Part shown: positions 27,006 to 36,763 of the stretch, piece by piece
Layout: every line of letters begins with the position of its first letter
How positions within the stretch are numbered: position 1 is the first letter of the stretch
IMG/VR virus record: IMGVR_UViG_3300013126_000031
Location: 205 to 64,204 of that record
Direction: 5' to 3' (one strand)
Length of the DNA: 64,000 nt
DNA from: a virus
Taxonomy: Duplodnaviria; Caudoviricetes
Translations under genes and position numbers: made by a program
Notes under the pieces: generated by a model
Databases searched by the model: none
Told to the model about the DNA's origin: nothing
What the model saw: the letters and a program-made list of their open reading frames with translations, nothing else

Positions 27006-28016
27006 TTAATCTGGTTTTATTATTTGAGCAAATGTACCTGGTTCTAGACCAGCTGGAACTACATTTTTATTTAAGTATGAGAATTTTTTATTTTCTCCAT
27101 CAACTTGCATAGCACATCTTATATAAGATATTTTATCTAAATCTAAATTTTTAAAACTATAAAGGTTTTCCACTGCAAATATTTCTTGTGCTGCTTCTTG
27201 GTTTTCCATACTTAATAATCTATATGGCATTTTAGACTCTCTAGATGTTGTATCTAATACATTAAAAAGGAAATTCATTTCTTCTGGTGTTAATTCTTTA
27301 ATTTCACCTTCAAAATTTAAGAAAAATTTACTTTTACCACTTTTAATTGATTCTCTTTTACCATAAATTGCTAATCTTTTTGTACCAGTATCTTGATGTT
27401 GTGAAAATGGTGTGCCTTGAATTGGTTCCCAACCTCTACCTCTTTTATCGTTAACATCTATCTCACCACCTTCTGGCCATTCGATACCGTATTTATCATA
27501 AACACTTTTAACAGCAGCATCTTTATCCGCTTTGCTTCTAATATTACCCCATTGAATTGTGAAATTTTTAGTTGAATACACTTGAGAAGGGATTTTAACA
27601 CCTTTCTCGGTTCTAGGCGCATAAGGGTTTTTAAAACCTTTACCCTTAGCAACAGCAGTTTTCCAAGCATCAGATTCAATCATATGGTTAAAAATCGGAC
27701 TATTTAATTGTCTAGCCATACCTTCAATTTGTGCTAAATTTTCATTTTTAATTGTAACACTAATATCAACTGTATTAACATAACCAACTGTCATAAACCA
27801 ACTATTGTTAGGTTTGTATTTAGAAAACATTTTAAGCAATGTATCAACATTATCTGTTACATCACCAAAAAATTCAGACATTGATATCCTTTCAGCTTCG
27901 TATAAATCTGACTCGTCAACAATGTTTTCTTTTATAATACCTTTTGATTGCAAATATCTTTGCTCAGCCAATAAATTAGCTTTTTGAATGTTTTTTGTTT
28001 TATCAAATCTTCTCAT
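27006..28016 (-). CDS. hypothetical protein, probable virion/head component
   Basis: ATATTTATA upstream; IKE/VDE motifs near the N-terminus. Confidence 0.7.
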   Translation of the reverse strand: MRRFDKTKNIQKANLLAEQRYLQSKGIIKENIVDESDLYEAERISMSEFFGDVTDNVDTLLKMFSKYKPNNSWFMTVGYVNTVDISVTIKNENLAQIEGMARQLNSPIFNHMIESDAWKTAVAKGKGFKNPYAPRTEKGVKIPSQVYSTKNFTIQWGNIRSKADKDAAVKSVYDKYGIEWPEGGEIDVNDKRGRGWEPIQGTPFSQHQDTGTKRLAIYGKRESIKSGKSKFFLNFEGEIKELTPEEMNFLFNVLDTTSRESKMPYRLLSMENQEAAQEIFAVENLYSFKNLDLDKISYIRCAMQVDGENKKFSYLNKNVVPAGLEPGTFAQIIKPD

Positions 28017-28048
28017 TATAATATTTTAATTATAAATATCATAAAAAA

Positions 28049-28492
28049 TTAAAAAATCTGAGCTGTAATATAAACACTTTGTGTTTCTGCTATTAGTTCT
28101 CTTCTCTTCAACCAATCTCCTAAATTGTTAAGTGATTTTAATTGTTGACCCCATATGTAATCAATCTCTAATGTGTTTGGATAATCTTTTAATTTATTAC
28201 CCCAACCTTGACCTCTTACTTCTTCACTAACAGCTATTACAACACCTTCAACACCTTTTAAATTAACATATTTTTCATCTTCAACCAATGAACTTAGCTG
28301 ACTATCCCCTAACAAATAAACACCTTTAATGTCATTGTTTTCATCAACTAGCATAGCTGATATGTCCCAGTTAGATTCTTGTTCCAATATTGCATGGAAA
28401 TAATATTCTGATGTGACATCTTTGAAATATTGAAAAGTCCAAGTTATTAGTTCTTTTCTTCTTTCTTGTGGTATACCTTTAATTAATTTCAT
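28049..28492 (-). CDS. GNAT acetyltransferase-like
   Basis: IAVSEEVRGQGWG acetyl-CoA motif. Confidence 0.7.
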   Translation of the reverse strand: MKLIKGIPQERRKELITWTFQYFKDVTSEYYFHAILEQESNWDISAMLVDENNDIKGVYLLGDSQLSSLVEDEKYVNLKGVEGVVIAVSEEVRGQGWGNKLKDYPNTLEIDYIWGQQLKSLNNLGDWLKRRELIAETQSVYITAQIF

Positions 28493-28958
28493 AACCAGTT
28501 ACTTCAAAAAATTGATAATCTCTCCCTCTCCAAACATAATCTAAATCTTCTTTATCGTATTTTATTTCACCTAACCATGGGTCTTTAACGCTATAAAAAT
28601 TTTCATCACATCCATCAACAATAATCCAATGTGGTATACCTTGTGTAAATGTTCTTAACAAAGGAATATTACCATTATCAATTACAGTTTTAAGTAATTC
28701 AAAAGGATGTGGTGATGATATGTATTCTACATATTTTAATTTTAAAGCATCTAAACCTAAAATCATTTTATCTGGTGGTGTCCCTACCGACCAATCAGTT
28801 GTACAAAGAGTTGCTATGTCCTCAATACTATATTTCATATCAATATCAAACTGAATAGTATTGTTTTTGTTGATGAGGTGATACCAAGCCATATAAATAC
28901 ATGCTGGACCACATGTATTACCAGATGGTTGTTTGAATAGTTTAATAGTTGTCATCAT
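28479..28958 (-). CDS. C39-like cysteine peptidase
   Basis: Q....CGPAC, HWIIV, DPW. Confidence 0.8.
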   Translation of the reverse strand: MMTTIKLFKQPSGNTCGPACIYMAWYHLINKNNTIQFDIDMKYSIEDIATLCTTDWSVGTPPDKMILGLDALKLKYVEYISSPHPFELLKTVIDNGNIPLLRTFTQGIPHWIIVDGCDENFYSVKDPWLGEIKYDKEDLDYVWRGRDYQFFEVTGYEIN

Positions 28959-29337
28959 ATTCATCATCGTAGAAATTTGTACCATATCCATCGTACCCAT
29001 CATCATCGAATTCGTCATCTTCACCATCAAAATCATCATCTTCCTCAACTATCCCTTCTAAAAAATCAATTCCTATGAAAACACCAAAATCATCATTGAA
29101 TAATTTTTTAAGTGTTTTTGAATCCTCAAAAGATACTTCTTTAAAATCAATTTTAGAAAGTAAATCATCCCCATTTGAAAACTCTAATTCATATTCACCA
29201 ATCTTATAAGTGAACGGCCACGTAATACTGTACGCTAATTCTTCATACTCGTCCACTTCTTTTTCAGTGAAAACGGTAAAACCGTTGATTTCAATATCAT
29301 CAACGGTATCATTAAAAATTGCTATAAATTTTGCCAT
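28942..29337 (-). CDS. highly acidic hypothetical protein
   Basis: D/E-rich ORF. Confidence 0.7.
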   Translation of the reverse strand: MAKFIAIFNDTVDDIEINGFTVFTEKEVDEYEELAYSITWPFTYKIGEYELEFSNGDDLLSKIDFKEVSFEDSKTLKKLFNDDFGVFIGIDFLEGIVEEDDDFDGEDDEFDDDGYDGYGTNFYDDEYDDNY

Positions 29338-29389
29338 AATTTTTTTTTAAAACTAAATGTAATGTTATTATTTTAAAAAATAAATATAA

Positions 29390-30505
29390 TCATTTTAAAA
29401 GTTTTTTAAAGTTATCTTTCTCAATACTTTGTATTGCTTTACCCAATTCTGGACCAGGTTTCAATCCCATTTTATCCATAACTTCTGGACCAGTAACACT
29501 TAAACCAAATTTTAAAAACGCATCAACTAACTTTTCATTAATACCTTCTAATTTAGAAAATTTAGTTATTTGCTCTGGTGTTATACCAGAATGTTTTTGT
29601 GCTTTTTTAAGTATAACAGCTGTATCAACAGATAGTTTTAATAACCCAACTAAAAATACAACACCTTTAATTTCTTCGGCTGAGTATTTTAATGTGTTTA
29701 ATTGTTTATTTAACATATCGATATCGTTATGCTTCAATAATGTTGCCAAAATTATAATTGGGTCATTATCCTCAATAAATCTTTTGTCAACTTTTAACCC
29801 TTTAAAGACCCAATCAAATAATCCGTATTTGTCAATCATTTTTAAAAATGATTTAACTGATTTAGCTGATTTTATCCCTTTTAAAAATTCATCTCTAATT
29901 CTTTCACCAGATATACCTTCAAGACTTGCATCTTTTTTTAATGCAGCATCTGTTGATGGGTCTAGCTGATTTCCAAACCTACCAGCAAATCTTATCGCTC
30001 TAAGTATTCTAAGTCTGTCTTCGCCAAATCTATCTTCTGGTGAACCAACTGTTCTTACAACACCATTTTTAAGGTCTTCCACACCACCAACAAGGTCAAC
30101 AACCTCTTGTGTATCTATATCATAAAATAAAGCGTTAATTGTTAAATCACGTCTTTTAACATCGCCTTCTATGTTTGTAAAAGACACAGCGTCTGGTCTT
30201 CTACCACCAGATAAATCATTTCTAAAAGTAGCTACTTCATACTCTCCCATATCAGTAAAAACATTGATAACACCAAAAGCTTTACCAGTTGGTAAAGTTT
30301 TAAGACCAGCTTTAGCCATCATTTCTTCAACCTTGTCTGGTATAGCATCTGTTGCCAAATCGTAGTCTTTAGGTTCTTTACCTAACAACGCATCTCTAAC
30401 AGCACCACCAACAACAAATAATTTAAAACCATTATTTTTAAACACATTAGCTATTTCTAAAATGTCTTTAGGTATTGGTATATCAAATTTAATTCTCTTT
30501 TCCAT
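29390..30505 (-). CDS. cca: CCA-adding tRNA nucleotidyltransferase
   Basis: VGGAVRD, DYD, RRDLTINA, EDRLRILRAIRF. Confidence 0.9.
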   Translation of the reverse strand: MEKRIKFDIPIPKDILEIANVFKNNGFKLFVVGGAVRDALLGKEPKDYDLATDAIPDKVEEMMAKAGLKTLPTGKAFGVINVFTDMGEYEVATFRNDLSGGRRPDAVSFTNIEGDVKRRDLTINALFYDIDTQEVVDLVGGVEDLKNGVVRTVGSPEDRFGEDRLRILRAIRFAGRFGNQLDPSTDAALKKDASLEGISGERIRDEFLKGIKSAKSVKSFLKMIDKYGLFDWVFKGLKVDKRFIEDNDPIIILATLLKHNDIDMLNKQLNTLKYSAEEIKGVVFLVGLLKLSVDTAVILKKAQKHSGITPEQITKFSKLEGINEKLVDAFLKFGLSVTGPEVMDKMGLKPGPELGKAIQSIEKDNFKKLLK

Positions 30506-30599
30506 ACTACAAATGTAATAATATAATTTTAAATATACAAATAAAAATAAAAAAACCCAGACATTAAATCTGGGTTTTTATTTTTTTTTCCGAATTAGA

Positions 30600-31016
30600 T
30601 TAAACCACTTCAACAACTTCTAAATCGAAGATTAAGTCTTTACCAGCCAATGGATGGTTCGCATCCAATACAACTGTGTTCTCTTTAACTTCAGCAACCG
30701 TTACTATAATTGGCCCTTGCGGTCCGTTTGCTGTTAATTGTGCTCCAACTTCAACTCCTTCTGGTACAAATTGTTTTTCCACTTCTTGAGTCATGTCTTC
30801 TCTAACTGGACCATAAGCTTCAGCAGATGGGATAGTGATTGTTTTCTTCTCACCAGCTTTCATACCTTGTAATCCTTGCTCAAAGCCTGGTATTAACATA
30901 CCTTTACCTAACTCAGCTGTTAATGGTTCTCTATCAATAGATGAATCAAAAACTGTGTTATCTTCTAATCTACCAGTGTAATGTACTTTTACAGTACTGT
31001 TTTCGTTTACTGTCAT
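30600..31016 (-). CDS. FKBP-type peptidyl-prolyl isomerase (SlyD/FkpB)
   Basis: VHYTG, FDSS, LIPGFE, DANHPLAGKDL. Confidence 0.93.
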   Translation of the reverse strand: MTVNENSTVKVHYTGRLEDNTVFDSSIDREPLTAELGKGMLIPGFEQGLQGMKAGEKKTITIPSAEAYGPVREDMTQEVEKQFVPEGVEVGAQLTANGPQGPIIVTVAEVKENTVVLDANHPLAGKDLIFDLEVVEVV

Positions 31017-31072
31017 ATTTTACTTTTTAAATTAATTTATTTTAACAAATATACAATTAATATTATTACTTG

Positions 31073-31624
31073 TCAACTATATTTGAAAATAATTTTTCCT
31101 AATCTAATTGCTTTTTCTTTGAATTGTTCATAAGTGCCATTATTTTCAATGATTATGTCAGCACACGATTTGTCAATGTTGAATGAACTAGCATCTTCGT
31201 TAGGTAATCTATCAGATGCATCCACCCAAAGAACCAAATCAAAAATACCTTGTCTTAAACATTCTTCAATCTCATCTCTATCACGCATTCCAACGTAACA
31301 ATCTGAACGTTCTAAAATACCTTTGGCTAATCTAGCTCTATCATTTTTGTTGTAATCACAAATAGCTTCATACCATTCTTGTCTGTGATTTACTCGGTCC
31401 TCAAAACATTCTTCTGGTGTTTTGTAACCATACTTATCTTTCAATAAATCATACAAAAAGATATTTGCAGCTGATTGTGATGATGATTCAAAAGTATAAC
31501 CAAATTCTTCATTGAAAATCTCTGCCAACGAATCCTTTCCGTGGCGCATGTTACCTATAATCAACAATTTAGGTTTACTTTCTTTACCAATTAATCTTTT
31601 TAAGATTTTTGTTTCTACATCCAT
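31073..31624 (-). CDS. P-loop kinase (dNMP kinase-like)
   Basis: GNMRHGKDS, GMR...E, DIIIENNG. Confidence 0.7.
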   Translation of the reverse strand: MDVETKILKRLIGKESKPKLLIIGNMRHGKDSLAEIFNEEFGYTFESSSQSAANIFLYDLLKDKYGYKTPEECFEDRVNHRQEWYEAICDYNKNDRARLAKGILERSDCYVGMRDRDEIEECLRQGIFDLVLWVDASDRLPNEDASSFNIDKSCADIIIENNGTYEQFKEKAIRLGKIIFKYS

Positions 31625-31645
31625 TATATTATTATTATTTAAAGT

Positions 31646-31906
31646 TTAATCCCATTCTAAAATATTTTGGTCACGGTCTTCAATGACACAACGTAACCCT
31701 TTTTCCACATCACAATGATAAGTAATATAATCATTACCTATAACCATACATGTATTAACACCCAACGCTTCATAAAATTTATCACTATCTATTTTGTATT
31801 TTTCTAAAATAAATTCTATCTCACCACTAGTAAACCCTTCTTTATGTTTGGTTTTATAAGTGTCAATAAATAATTCTAAATTTTCACTTGTTAATTTCTT
31901 TACCAT
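31646..31906 (-). CDS. hypothetical protein
   Basis: ORF. Confidence 0.6.
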   Translation of the reverse strand: MVKKLTSENLELFIDTYKTKHKEGFTSGEIEFILEKYKIDSDKFYEALGVNTCMVIGNDYITYHCDVEKGLRCVIEDRDQNILEWD

Positions 31907-32024
31907 CTTTTTCTATTTTTTATTCGACTTTTCTTATTAAGAATAACAATAAGTATTATGAATATAATAAGAATCATTTTTTACAAATTTACATATTTTT
32001 TTGTTATTATGCAAGTATAAAACA

Positions 32025-32051
32025 AAAAAAGCCATCATTTAGATGGCTTTT
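32025..32051 (-). terminator. terminator of the fMet/Y-like RNA cluster
   Basis: AAAAGCCATC-TAAAT-GATGGCTTTTTT. Confidence 0.8.
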
Positions 32052-32059
32052 AATAAGGT

Positions 32060-32137
32060 CAGAATAGTCTTTGTGGAATTGAACCACTAATCAAATTTGC
32101 AATTTAATATTAACCTTAGTTTTGCTGGAACTATTCT
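32060..32137 (-). ncRNA. CWGCAA-stem RNA copy B with anticodon-like loop (GCA) and T-arm
   Basis: AGAATAGTT-CCAGCAA...TTAAA-TTGCAAA-TTTGA...GTGG-TTCAATT-CCAC...GACTATTCT. Confidence 0.7.
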
Positions 32138-32143
32138 TTTTAG

Positions 32144-32214
32144 TAGCGTAGCGTGGAGTCGAACCACCCTTCAAGGTTATGAGCCTCGTGTGCAACCTCT
32201 TACACCATAACGCA
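32144..32214 (-). tRNA. tRNA-fMet-like (CAT), irregular acceptor/T stems
   Basis: CGAGG-CT-CAT-AA-CCTTG, 1-72 mismatch. Confidence 0.75.
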
Positions 32215-32273
32215 ATATATCCTCGGCACCAGTTACGTTACCACTAAGGTAAGAGGCTTTACTGGGCCATTTG

Positions 32274-32345
32274 TAGCGGAAGATGGACTCGAACCACCGA
32301 CCTCAAGGTTATGAGCCTTGCGAGCTTCCTCTGCTCTATTCCGCA
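32274..32345 (-). tRNA. tRNA-fMet(CAT)
   Basis: CAAGG-CT-CAT-AA-CCTTG, T1-T72 mismatch. Confidence 0.9.
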
Positions 32346-32435
32346 ATGTTGTATCCTAGGTTGGCAGTGAGCCAACTATTAAATAGTTGCTTGGCACCCA
32401 TTTAATAAGGACAATTCCTCTAGAATAAGTTTGGC

Positions 32436-32499
32436 CAGAATCTTCTTTTTTACTTTTGTTTTCTGAATAATAGTATAAATAAATTGCTGAATAGATTCT
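32436..32499 (-). ncRNA. CWGCAA-stem RNA copy C (minimal)
   Basis: AGAATCT-ATTCAGCAA...AGATTCT-G. Confidence 0.6.
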
Positions 32500-32519
32500 T
32501 TCTGCCAATAAGTTTATCT

Positions 32520-32779
32520 CAAGATGGTTTTCTTAATATTTTTCATCCCAGCGGATTAACCCTTTTTACGTCTTCGGCTTAGCTTTGGCGAGAGTCTACT
32601 GTTCTTCAACTACATCCTACTCGCACCTATTGGGGTGGTTGTGACGTGATTTTTGTTTTAGTTGGAAACCTAACCAATTTTGTTTAATTCCGTTGTTAAA
32701 GCATGTTTTCACATTTCTAACATACCAATTAAACGAATCATAGTTGTATCTGTTTTTGTTTGGTTGCAGAACCCATCTT
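32520..32779 (-). ncRNA. CWGCAA-stem RNA copy D (long)
   Basis: AAGATGG-GTTCTGCAA...~240 nt...CCATCTT-G. Confidence 0.6.
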
Positions 32780-32894
32780 TTTTAGATAATATTTTTAATA
32801 AGTTAAAGAACGTTGTTTTTAATTATATTACAAATGTACAAATAAATATCTCGTTTGTCAAGTAAAAACCAAAATATTTTTAAAAAAAAATAAA

Positions 32895-33104
32895 TTATTC
32901 TGGTTTTATTGGTTGGTTGAACTCTTCAACCACCACAAACACATAGTGTTTTTTCTCAAGATTGTGTACCACATTTAAAACACGATAATATCTATCGATG
33001 TAAATAAATTCATCCCTTCTTGGTATAATAGTAAATTTAACATCTATTTTTAAAGGTTGCCATTTACTATCCAATAATGTTATATTATATTTTCGTCTAA
33101 ACAT
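32895..33104 (-). CDS. hypothetical protein
   Basis: ORF. Confidence 0.6.
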   Translation of the reverse strand: MFRRKYNITLLDSKWQPLKIDVKFTIIPRRDEFIYIDRYYRVLNVVHNLEKKHYVFVVVEEFNQPIKPE

Positions 33105-33179
33105 GATTAAATATATGATTATTTTTATTATTAGTCAATATTTATAGATAAATAACGAATAACTTAAAACTTAGAAATT

Positions 33180-33767
33180 ATGGGATGCGGAATATATAAA
33201 ATTATTAACAACGTTAATAATAAATTATATATTGGTAGTTCTATGAATATTAAATCTAGATTTAGTAAGCATAAATCATTATTAAAAAATAACAAACATG
33301 ATAATGATTATTTACAAAATTCTTTTAATAAATATGGTATAGATAATTTTTCATTTGAAGTTATTGAATTTTGTGAAGTTAGTGAATTAATTGATAAGGA
33401 AAATTATTATATCAATTTTTATAAAAGTAATAATCTAAACTTAGGTTATAATTTGGCAACTGTTAATGAATTTAGAAGAAATAATTATAATAAGGAAGTT
33501 AAAATTAAAAACTCTAAAATAAACTTATTAAAAAACGGTAATTTTACTAATTTTAAAGCAATTAATTTAACAACAAATGAAGAAATAATATTTGATTCAT
33601 TAGTCACCGCTGCCGATTATTTAGCTAACAAAAATTTTTCAAAAGGTAAATTATCTAACATAAGACAAAAGATATCTTATTGTTTAAGAGGAAAGAAAGT
33701 TAATAATGGTTCTAAAGGTTCAATTAGAAAAACCGCCTACAATCATTTGTGGGTTATAATAAAATAA
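33180..33767 (+). mobile_element. GIY-YIG homing endonuclease
   Basis: GIYKI...YIGSS...R..H...E, GYN; NUMOD1-like C-terminus. Confidence 0.88.
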
Positions 33768-33791
33768 CATAAATAAAAAAGACAGAAAAAA

Positions 33792-33878
33792 ATGGTAAAA
33801 CAAGATTTAAATTTTGGATGCGGATGCGGTAAACCAAAAACTAACACAACAACACCTCCACCACCACCAAGTAAATAA
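33792..33878 (+). CDS. 28-aa GCGCGK peptide
   Basis: MVKQDLNFGCGCGKPKTNTTTPPPPPSK; A-rich upstream region, terminator downstream. Confidence 0.55.
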   Translation: MVKQDLNFGCGCGKPKTNTTTPPPPPSK

Positions 33879-33896
33879 TGTGTTGTTAAAGAAATT

Positions 33897-33921
33897 AAAA
33901 GGGGCTTATTGAGCCCCTTTT
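33897..33921. terminator. bidirectional terminator
   Basis: AAAAGGGGCT-TATTG-AGCCCCTTTT between convergent genes. Confidence 0.8.
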
Positions 33922-34263
33922 TTATTCTATTGGGTCTGGACCAGTTGGCATATCTACTGATTGAGTCTGTGTTGTACCAGATGGTGATGTTGTTTGTGTA
34001 TCACCACTAGTTGGTGCTTTAGGTTCTTCTGGTTTTTCCTCTTCTTTTTTACCAAACCTTTCTAATAATATAGCACCCATTCCAATTTCAACAATCCATT
34101 CCATTGATTTGAACATATGCTCTTCGACTTTAAACCCCAAATATAAATTCGATATAAAGCCAATTACCATCATTAAAAAAGCTAAAAAGGCAATAAACCT
34201 TTTGCTCGATACATCGCTTTTAGAACTAAAAGCCTTTAATAAAAATTTTTTAAAATCGTTCAT
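33922..34263 (-). CDS. two-TM membrane protein (holin-like)
   Basis: SSKR + two hydrophobic helices. Confidence 0.6.
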   Translation of the reverse strand: MNDFKKFLLKAFSSKSDVSSKRFIAFLAFLMMVIGFISNLYLGFKVEEHMFKSMEWIVEIGMGAILLERFGKKEEEKPEEPKAPTSGDTQTTSPSGTTQTQSVDMPTGPDPIE

Positions 34264-34378
34264 AGTTTTACTTTTAATATAAATATATCAAAAATAAAAA
34301 ACCCCCAGTAAAGCGACTTACTGAGGGTCATAATTTCATTTCTCGTGGCGTGTTGTTTGAGAATGAATCTGTTAGAAG

Positions 34379-34732
34379 TGGAGATAATGGGATTCGAACC
34401 CATGTGTTGAATATTCTTCGATGCTTTCTACATGTTTAGGTCATGATTTTCTAACCATCCGAAACTTTCCTTAATTTTATAGTGGTTTTGGTTCCACTAG
34501 TATTCATACCATAGATGGTTTACCATCATCTCGTTAGTGGATTACCACTATCAGCAGTGTTAGGCAACTGCAAGCTCTCCGTTAGAAACGAATGTCGCTT
34601 CGTCAAGGAAATTTTCTGATACGATTAAATCGTTGTCATTTCTTGTTCTAATAGTATTTTTTAAAGTGCTTCCAATCTAGCACTACATGCTTACTACCTA
34701 CGACTATACCCAGTCAATACCGTCATATCCCC
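34379..34732 (-). ncRNA. ssrA: tmRNA
   Basis: GGGGATA/TATCTCCA acceptor with G3:U70, TTGAC 5' motif, GCATGTAG helix, T-arm, tag ORF ending ...GELAVA-stop. Confidence 0.92.
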
Positions 34733-34993
34733 ATAATTTTAAAGAACGTGTCTTTTAATTTACTAAGTAAAAAACCTCACCATTGTAAACAATGAAATTA
34801 AAATAATTTTTTGAAGACTTAGAGTATTCTAAAGTCTCGTTTTCTAAATTTAAGAAAACAGAATTATTTATAAATTTTACTGTATTCATAATGTGTTTTA
34901 TAAATATGTGGGTTTTCGTTAAAAAACCCACTTTATTTATTTTCTTATTACAAATGTACAAACATTTTTCAAATAATGCAAATATTTTTGCAA

Positions 34994-35710
34994 TTATTTT
35001 TTCTTTTTTGTTGTTATGATATGGTCAACAATACCATAAGCCAATGCTTCATCAGAATTTAACCATAAATCACGACTTGCATCTTCCATAACTTGTTTAG
35101 GGTCTTTATCAGTGTATTTACCTAACAACCCGAATAATAACTCGTTATATTTTTCACCCTCAGCAATTGAACGTCTGATGTCTTGGATATTACCTTGAGC
35201 ACCAGTCGATACTTGGTGTAGCATAACTCTACTAAAACGCAGCGTATAACGTTTACCTTTTGTTCCAGCACCTAATAATATACTCCCCATACTTGCAGCC
35301 ATACCAGTATTGATAGTGATGCAATCAGATGTGATGTAGTCCATTACGTCAACAATTGATAACCCAGATTTTACTGAACCACCTGGACTATCGACATGTA
35401 ATGTGATGTCTTTTCTTTCTAAATTATCTAAGAACATCAACTGTGCTTGTACAACTGTACTCATTCTGTCGTTAACTGGTCCAGCTAACCATATAATTCT
35501 ATCCATCATCATTCTGGAGAAAATATCCATCTGTGTCACTCTTAATTCTCTTTCTTCAAGAATGTATGGTGTTAATGACGCTGAAGGAACCATAAGTGAT
35601 GCTTGAGAACCGTAAAGTTTTTCTTGCATTTGTTCCCATTGGTAAAAATCCGTTGAAGAAATCCCCATATGCTTAATAGCATAATCTTTAAATTCGTTAG
35701 TTAAATTCAT
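34994..35710 (-). CDS. clpP: ATP-dependent Clp protease proteolytic subunit
   Basis: DIFSR, SPGGSV, GMAASMG, MLHQ, RDLWL. Confidence 0.95.
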   Translation of the reverse strand: MNLTNEFKDYAIKHMGISSTDFYQWEQMQEKLYGSQASLMVPSASLTPYILEERELRVTQMDIFSRMMMDRIIWLAGPVNDRMSTVVQAQLMFLDNLERKDITLHVDSPGGSVKSGLSIVDVMDYITSDCITINTGMAASMGSILLGAGTKGKRYTLRFSRVMLHQVSTGAQGNIQDIRRSIAEGEKYNELLFGLLGKYTDKDPKQVMEDASRDLWLNSDEALAYGIVDHIITTKKKK

Positions 35711-35711
35711 A

Positions 35712-35966
35712 TTATTGTATTTTTCCATCTTTTTTAATAACACACTCACCAGACATCATTAAAAATTCATATCTGTTTAATGTTTCTAATTTATCATCAG
35801 CTTCTGTCAATGCTGCTAAAGCTTCTTCAGCGTTTTTATAATAATCATCAGTTGAATGGTCACCAATACCTACTGAATGGTGAGATAACAATTGAAGAGT
35901 TAATAACGCTTTTTGTCTTTGAGCTTCTATCGATGCTCTTAACATTTGTTTTAATGGTTTATTCAT
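35712..35966 (-). CDS. hypothetical protein
   Basis: VGIGDHS motif. Confidence 0.7.
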   Translation of the reverse strand: MNKPLKQMLRASIEAQRQKALLTLQLLSHHSVGIGDHSTDDYYKNAEEALAALTEADDKLETLNRYEFLMMSGECVIKKDGKIQ

Positions 35967-35969
35967 ATC

Positions 35970-36266
35970 TTATAAAAAACTACCTCTAATAAATACTGGT
36001 GTGTTTTCACCCAACCAAGCACCTTTAATATTATACTCGAAATACTCAATCGCCATTATATACTTTTCACTTTCAATTTCATCTTCAGTCATACCTTCAG
36101 TATCTTCCAATTCCATTTGTTTTGATAGTATATCAACTATTTTTTCTTCGTCATAGGCGACAACTGGGCCGAGGTTAATTCTCTCGGCCATGCCTATGAT
36201 AGCACTATCAAATCCATCAATTAATAATGCTTCTTCATTTATTTCAGCTATCTCTTCTCTAGTCAT
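35970..36266 (-). CDS. hypothetical phage protein
   Basis: DGFDSAIIG...EYFEYNIKGAWLGENTP. Confidence 0.75.
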   Translation of the reverse strand: MTREEIAEINEEALLIDGFDSAIIGMAERINLGPVVAYDEEKIVDILSKQMELEDTEGMTEDEIESEKYIMAIEYFEYNIKGAWLGENTPVFIRGSFL

Positions 36267-36718
36267 TAGTATGCTTTTACTTTTTTACTCGTTGCGCTAG
36301 AAGCCTCATCTTCAGCTTGTTTTGCTGCATCATAAAGAGACTTAATAGATTCTCTTAATGTGTTCCATTTCTCGAATGTATGTTTAGATAACACACCACT
36401 GAAAGTGATAACATCTGCTTTTGTGATTACTAACTTATCGTTTTCGGTATCATAATGAATACTAGCTAATGATTCTTCAACTACAATACGTCTTTGTTCG
36501 TCAGTTAATTGTTCAAAGATTTGTTCATTAAGAACGATAATGATGTCATCACCAGTTCTATACTTCAATAATTCGTTAGCCTTGTTAACTTTGAACAATT
36601 CTTTTGCTCTGTTATTAACTAATACTGTGATGTTAACGTATTGGTCTAAACCAACAGCTTTAATTACTTCGTTGTACAAATCCAACGTGTCTTCAAATGG
36701 TTCTTCAAATTTTGCCAT
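36266..36718 (-). CDS. phage metallopeptidase-like protein lacking HExxH
   Basis: IIVLN..FEQL...VVEESLASI. Confidence 0.55.
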   Translation of the reverse strand: MAKFEEPFEDTLDLYNEVIKAVGLDQYVNITVLVNNRAKELFKVNKANELLKYRTGDDIIIVLNEQIFEQLTDEQRRIVVEESLASIHYDTENDKLVITKADVITFSGVLSKHTFEKWNTLRESIKSLYDAAKQAEDEASSATSKKVKAY

Positions 36719-36763
36719 ATTACTTTTCTTTTTATTTATTAAACATTTATTTATACAAATATA

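Noticed and set aside
32221-32268. Possible HDV-like/theta ribozyme 3' of tRNA-fMet
   Set aside because: Nested pseudoknot is possible but P1.1, P4 and the catalytic J4/2 strand are not evident.
32709-32741. Met-rich mini ORF MIRLIGMLEM upstream of two tRNA(CAT) genes as a fourth attenuator
   Set aside because: No terminator with U-tract follows, the tRNAs are initiator-type, and the ORF lies inside ncRNA copy D; may be chance.
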